Below, piece by piece: positions 11,724-25,100 of a DNA stretch of 64,000 bases. The position numbers and the translations under genes were made by a program. The notes below the pieces were generated by a model. The model saw only the letters and a program-made list of their open reading frames with translations. It did no database searches and was not told the origin of the DNA. The DNA comes from Mizuhopecten yessoensis (Eukaryota): the NCBI RefSeq assembly GCF_002113885.1, contig NW_018408751.1, positions 531,312-595,311 on the forward strand. Direction: 5' to 3'. Within the stretch, counting starts at the first letter, position 1; every line of letters starts with the position of its first letter.

Positions 11724-14700
11724 CTGATCTACCCAAAGTCTAAAGTGGTGTGATAACACTAGCCAATGACCATCGACCTTATACCGTCTGACCCTAATGT
11801 GGTATGACTTATAGGTAAATGCATTGTAGTGATAACTATTGTTTATGTATCATCCATGAACCAAGATTATATTTAAAGACATATAGTACGTCTGGTCCAT
11901 GAATGCGTTTGTATGGCCGTCTAAAATGAGCATGTGATCACTGAATGTTACTTTTAAATTTACGGAGGTTGCCCTCTCCTCTCTTAGCTTCTGGTCGCAT
12001 TGAACTGCATGTCCTATAAGCCGATACTAATCAGATTTTTTTAAATTTTCTATCCCCGTCAAGTGATTTAATCATCACCGGCTATTCCCGTCTTGTGGAG
12101 TTGCCTTTGGTAATTTCCCAATTTTTCATAAATCGAAACAGAATTTCCAAAAACAATTTAAACGACTTTATTTTTATCTATTTACTTGTGCGGGTTTTTT
12201 CTTTGGGGGGGGGGTTACGAAATTATTGTATGCGAAAATAATGACTTACTAAAATCTGTTGAATAATCATTGAGTTGTCGTTCATTACATAGTCGAATAT
12301 AGAATAACTGTCTTTTGTAATGTCTCTTAATCTTTTTAGTCGCTGGTAAGGAAAGTGTCCCCAATTCTGGCCTTTACTTAGAATTGGACAGAGATGACTT
12401 CTACGGTTTGAAATCTTTACCGATGTTCTTTTAGCAGGCGTCTGAAAAAAATGTTTTGCAGGTAAGTGAATTGGCAATTCCATGTTAAAATCCGGGTTTT
12501 GTACACATAATCAAACGCTGACGATTCAAACGTATCAAACAACAGAGAAAGAAAATTAATATAAAGCACAATGATACCCCGATTAAATCGCAATCCATGG
12601 CGTGCATAATATACCAGTACTTGATCCTGCATTTCCGAGTTTGAAAGCAAACTGACAACAATATAACTCGTATGGCCGTTTAATGTTGATTTAGAAGGAC
12701 GCATCATATCTACATATTTTTAACAATTGATATATGAGAGTTCTGTAGGTCCAATAGAAGAACAAAGGTTATGAACACCGTGTGATCTTAGACTAACTAC
12801 CTTGGTCAAACATGGAAACCATTGAGTTCCCGGTTCAGAATACAGTTGTTGAGCATGAAAAGATGTTTTGATAATGTTTTGTCTCGAACTACATGCCAAA
12901 ATCAATGACACCTTAACTTTTCACCTTAAGCAGAATTCACATTTGTTCTTTATGTCTAGTACGTAAACAACTGTAGCATGTTTGATGATGTTCTTATTAT
13001 ATAAAACGAGGTAATGAAGTTTTATCCGTTATTGAAGTAAAGTTCAAACTCAGAATGGCACCTCCGTGGGTGTTTTTTTTTAAGTTCAAAATTAACCCCA
13101 ATGTTTTCAGGAAGAATAATTTAAAACACACGAAGAAGACAAATAAAAGACATATTTTATTCTTTAACTTTTAAAAAACAAACATATTTGAACAAGAAAC
13201 GATTTGTTTTAGTGTATGGCTACTTAATAAAAACAATAACATCAGGTAACAATTCTACAACATTATGTATATATATTATATATCACTGTATCTAAATGTC
13301 ACAGCGTACTGTTCCACCCGACACTCCGTGTAATATCTCGTCCTATGAAAATATATTTACAGTAGTTTTAATACCAACGTTGATCATCAAAACATTTAGA
13401 CAGAAACCACTCCTTTTCAAGCCTTAAAATTATAAACAACCATATTTTAACGAACATGATCTTTGGAAGTTTACTTTCAAGTGGTGACTGTAATCATTAT
13501 AGGAGATTTTAGCGATGACATTTGGAGATTTAACAAAATAAAACATTTAATTTAACGTGATTAGATATATACAACTTGCAAACAATATCAGCCAGGTTTA
13601 CAATAAATTATCAATAACAATAACAAAATATACACGTTACACCTTTGCAGTAATTACAAAACTTAATGAAAAATAAGTTAATGTATCATGTCTACCTTAG
13701 CAGGCCATACTTTGTTTACTTAAATATAATTTAACAACTTGAAATGCAATAAATAAAGCGTTTTATGTTTCAACAAAAAGGGTGTAATCTTAACAACAAC
13801 AGCATATTTCATTTAAACAAATAAGCAAATACCTCTTTACAATATTAAATATATCATCAACAGTTAAGACCAAGAGCAAATATGCAGTCATTCACTGCAG
13901 CGAACATTTCCCGGTATACATTATTTACTCTTCAATTTCGGGAAATAACTGTAGATAAGTTAAAATTATCAAAGGATGTATTTTTGCTAATGTTAAACTC
14001 CCACAAACTATTTGTCGTTGACTAAACAAAATTTACACCAGGAAAGTCTTCAGATAACTATTACTATCACGCCTCGTTTTTGTCAATGACTTCAGTTGAC
14101 CATATCAATATTCTTGCAAAGAATGTTGCACTTCAATGATGGCTACAATATTTCACATCATCGTTTCAAAGTATGCTACCTGTCCATGTCTGCAAGAATG
14201 GTACATGCAATTTTCTGTTAAAAATGTATGTTACACGTAAATGTCCCCTTCAAAGAATGTTACAGAAATAGGAAATGACAATATTTCCCTAGAACAATAT
14301 TATATGTTTATTGTCTGCTATAAATAATATTACTTGTTAATTTCTGCTGCAAACAATTTTTATCAATAATGCACATCAAGTGAACCAATTTTGTACTGTT
14401 TTTTCACACAATGCTACTGGTCAACTGAAATATATGAAATGAAACGTACACATGGAGAAATTGCTTAACTGATTTACTCGAATTAGGTTGGCACAATAGT
14501 GTATCAATTCATGCATAATCCAAAATTGATGGTATGATCGACGATTGGAAAATATCTTGTTTATCTTTAATGGAAACATATGCAAATGATCTGGTGTTGT
14601 AATAGATTAATTCCCATTTTACCGAATTTAAACCTTTGGTTTACTTCTAGCCTACAGTGAGTTATCGCATCAATTCAACATATATGCTCTGCAGTATAAG

Positions 14701-16148
14701 TATTGATAATGGCTACATGTGAAAAAACAAAAATCAAATTATTACTGGTTGAGGCCTATTTCTTATACCAATTAAATGATTTTAGATTTTGAACAATTTT
14801 CAGAGCTGTATGGATGACATACAGCTAAGAGAGTACTTCTGAAACTACTTTTTTTTTAGTTGTTAAATATGAAGAAAAATGTATACCTTTAGATTGGGTT
14901 AACAGTTTATAAATAAAAATTAACATCAACAGGTCAATAAAAATAGTTTCAACACATGCCCAGTAGAGTTCAACTAGGAACAGGGCTACAACACAGAGAG
15001 GTTATATGTATATTCAACAAACACAAAAATAAAATGATCAACGAGGTGTACGTTGACTGTAAATCATTTTAACCTTAATTTTATCGCAACAAATAAAGTG
15101 CAATGAACTTGTTATTTAATTGATTTATTAATTAACTGATGGGCTCTACATACTCGTTACAGATATAACCAAGCCTAGGACAAAACAGAATTTGTGTGAA
15201 CCTACAAAATATACCAAAATGATATTGAATCACTTCTGATATTTGCTGAGTGGTGGGGTCTCTGAATAAGTGCCTCCCACCCCTCCCGTATGGTTATTTC
15301 CGGAAAGTCCTAAAGTAAATTTAACTGTGTCAATTCTAACCACAATATTTTTGTTTTGGTTTTGCTTTTAAAATCATATTTGCCAATGACTTTGTATCTA
15401 TCGATTGGATTGACAACTGACAAATAACTGGCAATATTTTTCTCTTTAACCAAAGGTTTCTTGGAACATGCATGCACAGTTTCTTGTGGTATTCATAGGC
15501 AATACCATGTTGCATTAAACCTATCAAGAAGATCAAATGATTCTTTTACAATAACGTGCTTTTTGCAACTTACCAACCATTCTTTTTCCCTTGGAGGTGA
15601 AATGTTGTGGCAAAATCTACCAATGTCCCCTATTTCATATTTTAAAAGCATATATAAATAGTGTTTCTTGTCTATTAAGAGGACAGTAAAATGTAAAAAA
15701 ATAATCCAAGTTGTAAAGATTAAGTTGTTTTTAGTATGTTTCTCTGGCTACACATTTCATCACAACAAAATGATTCTTTAAATATCTGAATCTGGATAAC
15801 AATAAATAAAATTATCAACAAAACAAATAAATATCTCGCTCTTTTCCAACATTTCCCCCAACAATTTTTAATAAAGAAAAACTACTTTCTGAATATCAGA
15901 ATAACGTTAATGATTTCAAATTGATATCAACATACTGCATCAATTTTCTTTTCCCAACATATATATTGAAATGAATCATGAAGCAGGTGTTTTTTTTCTC
16001 CTTAACCACACAATTTATTTACAAGGTTATTGTGTCTATAAGCCCATTACTAACAAAATTTTAAATCTTCTCTGAACTTCAATATGTATATTGACAGTCT
16101 CTAAAAAACAAAATTTCAATGTTCAATTCCAGTGACATGTGATATCAG

Positions 16149-19100
16149 TCATTCCTCCATCAAATCAAAGGGATCCGAGTCGTACGCATCTTCAGTGTCG
16201 ACTGCAGCAGGCAAGGTAGATACAGATGTTATTCTTACTTCTTGTATTTCAGGCTTTTGATCACTCACAAGAAGATCCAATGAGAATCCATCATCTTCAT
16301 CAGATTCTTGTGTGTGCATCTCTGGCACTGTCTGTTCATCATTACAGGGTACAAGATGAATTTCACTGTTCACAGGTGCCACCGTCACTTTTGATTCCAT
16401 GGTCACTGTAGCAGGTGCTGAAAATGAAACTTTTTTCGGACATGTTTTTTTTCTTGGTGACGTGTGCAGATTTTTGGGTACAACTTTAGTATCACAAACG
16501 GTGCACTCTTCAACATTTTTCAGCGGTGTTGTTTCTGATGCTCTGATCAAGTTCCTCTCCTGAACTGGGGAAGAGACATTCTGTGCCATGGATTTCTTGG
16601 GAGGAACATTTTTGTCGGAACTGTTTTGTGAGTGGTCATCTGATGCTTTCTCATTAGAAGATGTCTCTGGAACTGCAAACAGATTTTTTTTCGATTTCTT
16701 CTTTTCTGGTTTTGTTATTGGATTCGTTTTCCTTTTTCTCTCTGGCGTGATAGGGGGACTGCTTGCCTCACATTTTTTGTTTTTCTTTCCTTGCTTAGGA
16801 TGATTTTCACATTCTTCATCGCCTAGTTCCATAGTAAAAATATCACTGTCAAACTTCATTGTTGTAGTTGTGGATGTAGCAAATTTTTCTTCAGTTGAAA
16901 CTTCTTTTTTGACACAAGTGTCACTTTTTGAAACGTTGCAAACTTTATTTTCTGCTAATTCTACCAATGTTCCCACAGAAAAAGTAGTTTTGTAAGCTTT
17001 TTGCACTGCTTGTTCCTTGATTTTCTTCACTCTTTTCTTCTTGTTATTCTCTGATGCTTTTCCAGGCACACCCTCAAGTTTCTGTTGTTTAGATTTCTTT
17101 GAGACAGTTTTTTCTCCTTCCTTGCTCATGTTTTTCCTTTTTGTACCTGTTAATGTATGTGTTAACATAAAACAATTATATCTGAATGATGAACAATAAA
17201 ATTTTAATTGGGCTACTCTCTCAAACTATAGCTGTGAAGCAATTCAAATGCAGAATGAAACCTTCAACTTTGTTTTGAACTAAATATTCAATAATCCTGT
17301 ATACTGCAAAAAACAAATATTTAAAGTGTGGAAATCACATTTTTACTCTTTAAATTACAATTGTGATGTAAAAAAAATTTGATAACAATCAAATGGAATG
17401 GAATTGATAGTATGTCTAAATGTATTTACATGCTTATTTTAACACTGGTTTGGTGAACCTAAAGTGATTAAAAAGTTCTACAATGCAAAAGTTTACACTT
17501 TGCAGCAATTTGTTCGTGATATTAATTCACTAATTTGACATTTATAGGTTTGATGTTATCTTTATTTTCTTCTTCATTTAAATTCTAATCCTTGGCGCTG
17601 AACTACAGATCTGAAGCTAAATTGCACCTTCTTGTATTTAAGTGAAAGAGTACTTCACTCAGGTCTGAAAAATATATAAATCATTTTTGATCTACCCACC
17701 AAACCTATCGTGTGAACAATATTTTAGAGTGTGGAAAATGGACAAAGTTCATCAATTTCAAATATCCTACATGATATCATGTAATATACCTTTAGGTTTT
17801 TTTATTGGAGAAACATCCTTCCTGCTTTCTGTGGGTCCTGTGAACATCTCACATTCAGTATTTGTAGGAAGGTAGTCTTCATCTGAAAACAGCCCCCAAG
17901 TAATAGGGTAACAAAAATACATTTAGTTGACGGTTTAAGAAACAATTCATCATGACATATAGGTTCACCTGCCTTTTGGAAGCAACCTTAAAAACTTTAA
18001 GCCACCTTTTCCAAAAAGCATTTGCAATTTCTCTCATAATTTGAAGCCATATAATCATATGAATTTACCATTGTCATCACTCAAAATCTGGCTTCCAAGA
18101 GAATCCAAGACATCTTCTATTCCCTTCAGGATCGAGTCTGGTTGGTCAGAAAGCATCTCATCGACAGTGGCCGAGTCCAACATATACATGGTCAGGTCCT
18201 GGTGCTCGGCATTGTTTTCGCTGGTGTGGTCCTTTGGTTTCTTCACCTTCTTCTTGCTTTTCTTTGGTGTCAACTTCACTCTACAATGCTTCTTTACTGT
18301 CAAAGTAAAACGGCAATGCCATCTCATTTAATTTAAGTATTTAAAAAAAAAAAAAAAAAAAAAAAAATTACTTGCAATCATCAGCTGTTTAATTTATCTA
18401 GTGACATGTTAAATAATGAAAATTGAAACAACAATAACAGCTAAAGATAATCACTTTTAGTTAAATGTCAATCAATTTCTTGTATGTCTCTTGTATGTCT
18501 TAAATTAAACATGAGTCTATCCTTTAAATATTCAACTAAAGGAAATAAACGCGGTTATATAGTTATAACTGCATAGTAAATGTTTTTATATTTCTTATCC
18601 AGCTATCATTTCCATCAGCTGTCAGTGCTGGCTTCATGTTTCATCATTTATCAACAGTGTAAAGGGAGGTAAGCAGATAATAAAATTAACAGTTCCCAAT
18701 TTCAAATAAACAATCTATCTATACTTTCACATAATGAATATATGTCTGTCAAGTAACATTTCTATCTTATTTGAATTATTTAATCTTCAGCAATAAACCG
18801 CTTTTGTAAACTGCCCCCCCCCCCCCCCCCAAGTTTATTTTTGTGCTCTTACTTTTCCTAGATTTTGTTTCATCCTCAGCCCATTTGCCTTTAAATTGAG
18901 CACTGAAGCTAAACTGTTTCAGTCTCTCCTGAAAAAAAATGTAAATATTTATCAAAAAATTGTGCATAGGAAAATTTTTTCAAGTACCACCTGGTAAAAG
19001 CCTTTGACAAAATAAATCACTTCAAATTCCCGTACAATGATAGCACAAAATTCCTTAAAATATTCATGTTTTATTGCAGTTGAGAACATTCAAGTTTTGT

Positions 19101-22100
19101 TTAGCAGTATTAGTTTAGTTCCTTTCACGCTATTTGTATCTCTGCTGCAATAACTAGTCATTGTCATACATAGTGAAATAGAAAGTAATGTGGGTTTTTT
19201 TTATAACATTTCCTCAAAAGCTAAGTCAGTACATTAATTTATAATTGGGCTATTAGATCAGATAACTTAGATCAAAATTAAGGTTGTACTTAATATACAA
19301 GTACATCCACGGTTTATTCAAAAATGCTGAAAGGAAAACTTTAGATATTTGCCTGACCTTTGTAGGTAGTTCAAGGGCAGCTAATGCATTTTGTGTTGCA
19401 GCTTCAACTTCTTTCTTAAAATTTGGTCCTTTGGATTTCTGAAAAATTATAAATTTACATACATAACGAAAAAAACATATATGTATATATATATATATAT
19501 CAATCATTATGTTTCTTATATAACTTAAGTCAGCGTTTTTTTCTTGGGCAATCAAACTGTTACCAACAATTTGTCAAGTAAACTGTACATAGGGGAAATA
19601 CAAGGGTTCATATCTATTTGTTATCAACTATACTGGACAAAAAGATACCAGCAATGCAAAACATGTTCACTATATTGAACATGCAGGAAATAGTGTTAAA
19701 ATTGTGAAATGAAATAAAGAAACACATGGTGTTAAATTGTCCACAATAACATGTACTAGACAATGGGGAACTACACATTGCTACAACTGTTCATTACACA
19801 GCATTAGAGAAATAAAATAAATAGAGTTCAATCTACCCACTATAAAGTGCAATGAGAAACAAAATAAATGGTGTTCAATCTACCTACTATAAAGTGCAAT
19901 GAGAAACAGAATAAAGGGCCATGAGAAACAAAATAGAGTTCAATCTACCCATTATAAAGTGCAATGAGAAACAGAATAGATGGTGTTCAATCTACCCACT
20001 ATAAATTGCCATGAGAAACAAAATAAATGGTGTTCAATCTACCCACTATAAAGTGCAATGAGAAACAGAATAAATGGTGTTCAATCTATCCCAATATAAA
20101 ATGCAATGAGAAACAGAATAAATGGTGTTCAATCTACCCACTATTAAGTGCAATGAGAAACAGCATAAATAGAGTTCAATCTACCCACTATAAAGTGCAA
20201 TGAGAAACAAAATAAATGGTGTTCAATCTACCTACTATAAAGTGCAATGAGAAACAGAATAAAGGGCCATGAGAAACAAAATAGAGTTCAATCTACCCAT
20301 TATAAAGTGCAATGAGAAACAGAATAGATGGTGTTCAATCTACCCACTATAAATTGCCATGAGAAACAAAATAAATGGTGTTCAATCTACCCACTATAAA
20401 GTGCAATGAGAAACAGAATAAATAGATTTCAATCTACCCACTATAAAGTGCAATGAGAAACAGCATAAATAGAGTTCAATCTACCCACTATAAAGTGCAA
20501 TGAGAAACAATAGATGGTGTTCAATCTACCTGCTATAAAGTGCAATGAGAAACAGATTAAATAGAGTTCAATCTACCCACTATAAAGTACAATGAGAAAC
20601 AGTGTTATAAAGTTGAAACTAGAAAATGCCTGAAAGACATGAATGCCCCTGGCAGGGTCATAAAAAATGGTATATTTGCTGGACAAGGAAATTATAGTAA
20701 AAAGGTCCAACTATACTAGACAGTTGTAAAGAGGTAAATTTGCCCACTACATGTATATACTTTGACAATGAGTGTTGGTGTTAATATTGTTCAATATAAT
20801 GACCAACACAGAAACACATTGTGTTCAACTTAAAATTGTCCAATTTACTGAAAAATGGTAGAAATAATTGAAGCATAGAAGATATAATTAATTTATGATA
20901 AACCTACCTTTGTCAAATAGAGGCCTTTGTTCAAGTCCTCACCTCCGTGGTGGAAAGGCAGCATTGCCGAGGCCTTCACCCAAGCTCGGGATACTTTGTT
21001 GTCCAAGTATACTACATGGTAGTGACTCTGGGGACAACACATAATACAGTGTACATATATTACAATTTCTGTTTAGAAAATTTATTTTAAATAACATCAT
21101 CATGGTTCCTAGAAATTAGAAATAAGATAAAGTTTTATTTGTTAGATCAACTGAAATAAATACCTTTGATATTACTACACATCAGTACTGTATCATCAAA
21201 CCTTTTAGTTTTTGTTACATCATTTCCCAGGGTTCTTAATTAATGTTTTAGCGAAAGGCTCTCACGTGACATGCTTGTTACTAACTGTTTAAATATTTTA
21301 TCAGAAATAAAAGTAGGATTCATGAAACACAAAACTGACTATATATATTTTGATGTGAAAACTTTGTCATTTTTTAGTGCACATGGACTTCCTTGTGTTT
21401 CAGAATTGCAACGTATCAGGGATCATCCTGGAGGAGGCCATGGGGCCATTGACCCCTCAAAACTGAAATTGACCACTACATGTACCAACTTTCTTTTAAT
21501 TTTACATAAGACGGCCCTTCTTAATTTTGATATTGACTAGAAATTGCTGTAAATGACCCACTGCTCTCAAATTCCAGGATTTTCCCTGCGTATGAGTTGA
21601 GAAAATTGAAATCTCAGTTAGAAATACACAGAGGCATATCTAAAAATAATTTATGTAAAACTAAGAGTTATAGGGAGAAAATGTCATGGTGCCAGTGTAG
21701 ATGATTATATTTAATAACACTTACTGGAAACATGCTGTTTTCTGATACAAGTTCAAAGAAGGTTTCTGTGTCAGGATCAATCTCAACCATAGCTGGCCAC
21801 CTGTCCAATAATTCATAAAAAAATAAATTGGAAAGAGCATAAAGAATAAAGAGTATTATATGCTGTGTGTAATTTAATTTTCATACCTTATAGAATTTCA
21901 AAAGATGATCTGTGCATTAATATGTCTCAGTGATTTTGTTACAAATGTATACACTTATGACAAATGTCCTTATAAGGCAACACAATCTATGGACATTGAC
22001 AGTTAATTAAGGCTGCAATCTGCCAATGGCACCTGTGATGTATGATTGAGAATGTTTCCAGTACACAATTCCTGTGAAAGAGTTGTTTAGAGCCAATCTG

Positions 22101-25100
22101 GCCAAATTTCTTCAGTTTAGCCACTCAGAAAAAGATGTCATTTGAAGAACTTGTTCTGGACAGACAGATAAATGCCAATTAAAATATGCTATGAGCTCGT
22201 CGAAGTTCAAACCAGGTGGGCTGAAAATTAAAAATGGAAATGTGTAAACTGTACCATGGATAACCGACCATCCTGGCCCACACAATGCTGCCCTCGGAAT
22301 ATCTGGTGAAGATATGATCAGATTCATCATAATCCTGCTCTCTCTTCTCACAGCTGTCATAGGATGTGTCTAAAAAGAAAAATATAAATGAGCAAGCTAT
22401 GTACTTTGGCTGGGAAAGTTTGAAAGTTTTGCTTCTGACCAAGTCTGACATTTGGTTGCTTCCTTGTCAGGCATGCCAGTTGATTATCACACCTCTGCCC
22501 TTCCCAACACAATATGTATAGATGTAACCTAAAGAATTACCTGTTAATAGCAAAATTTGTTTTCTGTGTCTTTGAATATCTCATTAATCTGGGCAGTACT
22601 AAGGTTCCCATAAAAAATCTGGATTAATCAATTTCAAGGACATATGGATGTATCATCCGTGACCTGATTTCCATCTCTAGTAAAACTATCCCAGTTCTGT
22701 AACACAAGTTTCTGGATTTACAAGTAAAATTGCCAATGTTGTAATTCATAACCAGGGGCCGGTGACTGAACTGCAACTTTTTCAGACTAATGGAGCCAAG
22801 ATCAAGGCGTAACATGTATGAAATCATTAATCAATATGTATAACACTCTACATGTATAATACATGAACATATTGTTATTTAGAAATTCGGTATTTATAAA
22901 TTATAATGCTAGACGAATAGATCTTGTTGACAAGTTACAGATAAAGGAGGCTCACAAATGGGGCAAGTGTCTGGGTAAAATAACATTTATTTGTGGGGAA
23001 GCTAGCTAGGGCACTTATGCTGGGATATGAATAAAGAAGCTATAGGTACATACCTTTGTTCATTTCACAAATCCATTTATCATCAATTTCAGTAGGATCA
23101 TTGATGTCTTGTAGAAATCTCCACTTTTGACAGGCTGTATTGGAGCATTGTACCCAGGTTCCTGAAGACAATTATAATCCATTACCTTACAGCACTTCAG
23201 ATATCACGAGTGTACAAATCTCTTGATTGTTTCTGCTAACCCTGCTTACCCTAGATTTGTGTGCCTACCCTAAATTTTTCATTGGCATTTGGTGATATGC
23301 ACTTTTAAAGTCAGAACTCCTGCTTTATATATGCAATGCAAAAATATTTTCCAAATAAAAAATAAATGCCTACTTATCTACCCTATTTTTTTGAAGACGA
23401 TAGTGGAAACACAAGTGATTTTGTTTTTTGTCCTAATAAAATGTTGCATTGAAACACTGAATAAAAAGAAGATACAGTATATTGTCCTGAACTTATGCAC
23501 AAGTATTTAATACTGTAACATTTTTGTACCATTACCTTAGGCAATTTCAACTGATTGAATTGTGGTATTCCTACAGCATCTTAACTATGGTTTTAATAAT
23601 TCACTTTTCCATATTTGGTAACTGAGTATATGACAATATGCCCTGATATTTACGGAGGGTTATTCCATAATCAATTGTACGGGGGAGGTGGGAGGCACCT
23701 GTATTAATATATTATGGGTGGTGCGGTTAAAACCAGGTCTGCCTACCTTTTCTTATATTAAATCACATTTTAGATTTCATAGGTGGTGGGGTCTTTAACC
23801 ACACTGATTAATACTCATTACAGAGTCTTTTATCATTTGAGTTGTTAAGTGTTTTGAGTTACCTGTTTCTTGAATTTCTCTCTCCATCATCAACTGCTTT
23901 TTACTTATTCCAGGCTGATCTTTGACAATGTCATTTACATTTTCTGCAAATTCTGTTCTCTTTCCTTTCTTCTTCTTCACCACATCCATCATTTTCTTTT
24001 TTCCCTTTTTGATTTCTTGATAGTCATTAATAAAAATGTTTGATCACTATTGCACATTAAATATGTATAACTACTTAATATCATAAACCATCCATAAAAA
24101 AAAATATGAAATAAAAGCATTTATCCTGCAAGTAAACAATTTCTTTATGGATTATTTTTCTTTTCTTTTTTATCTAATTTTTAGATTGGGGTCAAATTCA
24201 GAAAAAATATGCTCATAAGATCTCATCTAAAAGGAAACAGGTTTATTTTTTATATTTTTTTACAAACTTTAAAATGAAAATATTCTGTGAAAAATTAGGT
24301 ACATTGTTTGGCGGGATCATAAAAGATGCAATTGTATAATACACAAGTTTTTCTTTAACTTTTATGATTCATTTGACAAATTCAAAATATTTAAAGATCT
24401 ATTAGAAGGTATAGGACATTTATGAATTGTCAAAGATCCCATGACCAACCATCAAATAACAAAAATTACAATGAACTGACGTAATAAAACAAAAAGTTGA
24501 TAGAAACTGGATTTCTCAAGCAGCCATGCCTGACTATTAACTTCCTTCCTGACCTTCTAGTAAAATTATTTTGAAAAAAGTATTCTAGTAAACCTGTTCA
24601 AGAAAATGAAACCAAAAGAAACTACTTAAAGGGAAAATTGAAATTTACATAGCGCTTTTGTAATTGTGTTCTTACCGATGGGTTTTGGAAAGTGTAATTG
24701 TCTGGGTGCAAGCACTTTGGCAGCACTGTTTCTATCAGCTTTCTTCATAGCCTTCTTCACAAGGACAACCGGTGTGTGTTGTTGTTTTTTGTCCTCTTCG
24801 CCATTGAATTCCAATTCACTTCCCTCGGGTGTGTTCTCGTTTAGTTCCTGCACTTGTGCACACTCAACCATTCTACAATATAGTGAATCCCACTAAATGT
24901 CATGTTGCTTTAATGTCATATTAATGTTACTACATTAGATTTCGCTTATTATCACTTCTGATTTGTTAGATGAAAATATGATATTAACCGGAACATGACA
25001 TAAAGAAAATACGTGTTTTTTTTACCTTTTCAGGTGTCAAAACCCAGAAATTACCGTATTTTAATGTCCAAGTGATATGGTAGTACAAAGAAGATAGTTT

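Noticed and set aside
12560-12915. Faint Penelope-like C-terminal RT similarity (ILACSS..) on the minus strand
   Set aside because: Too degenerate to support by eye.
17530-17664. Possible extra ZCWPW1 exon (acceptor at 17664)
   Set aside because: Reaches a stop or needs a phase-incompatible donor. The flanking exons join correctly without it.
19812-20602. CRISPR-like regular repeats (also 45887-46232 and 61169-61664)
   Set aside because: Units are contiguous with no unique spacers, there are no cas genes, and the context is eukaryotic.
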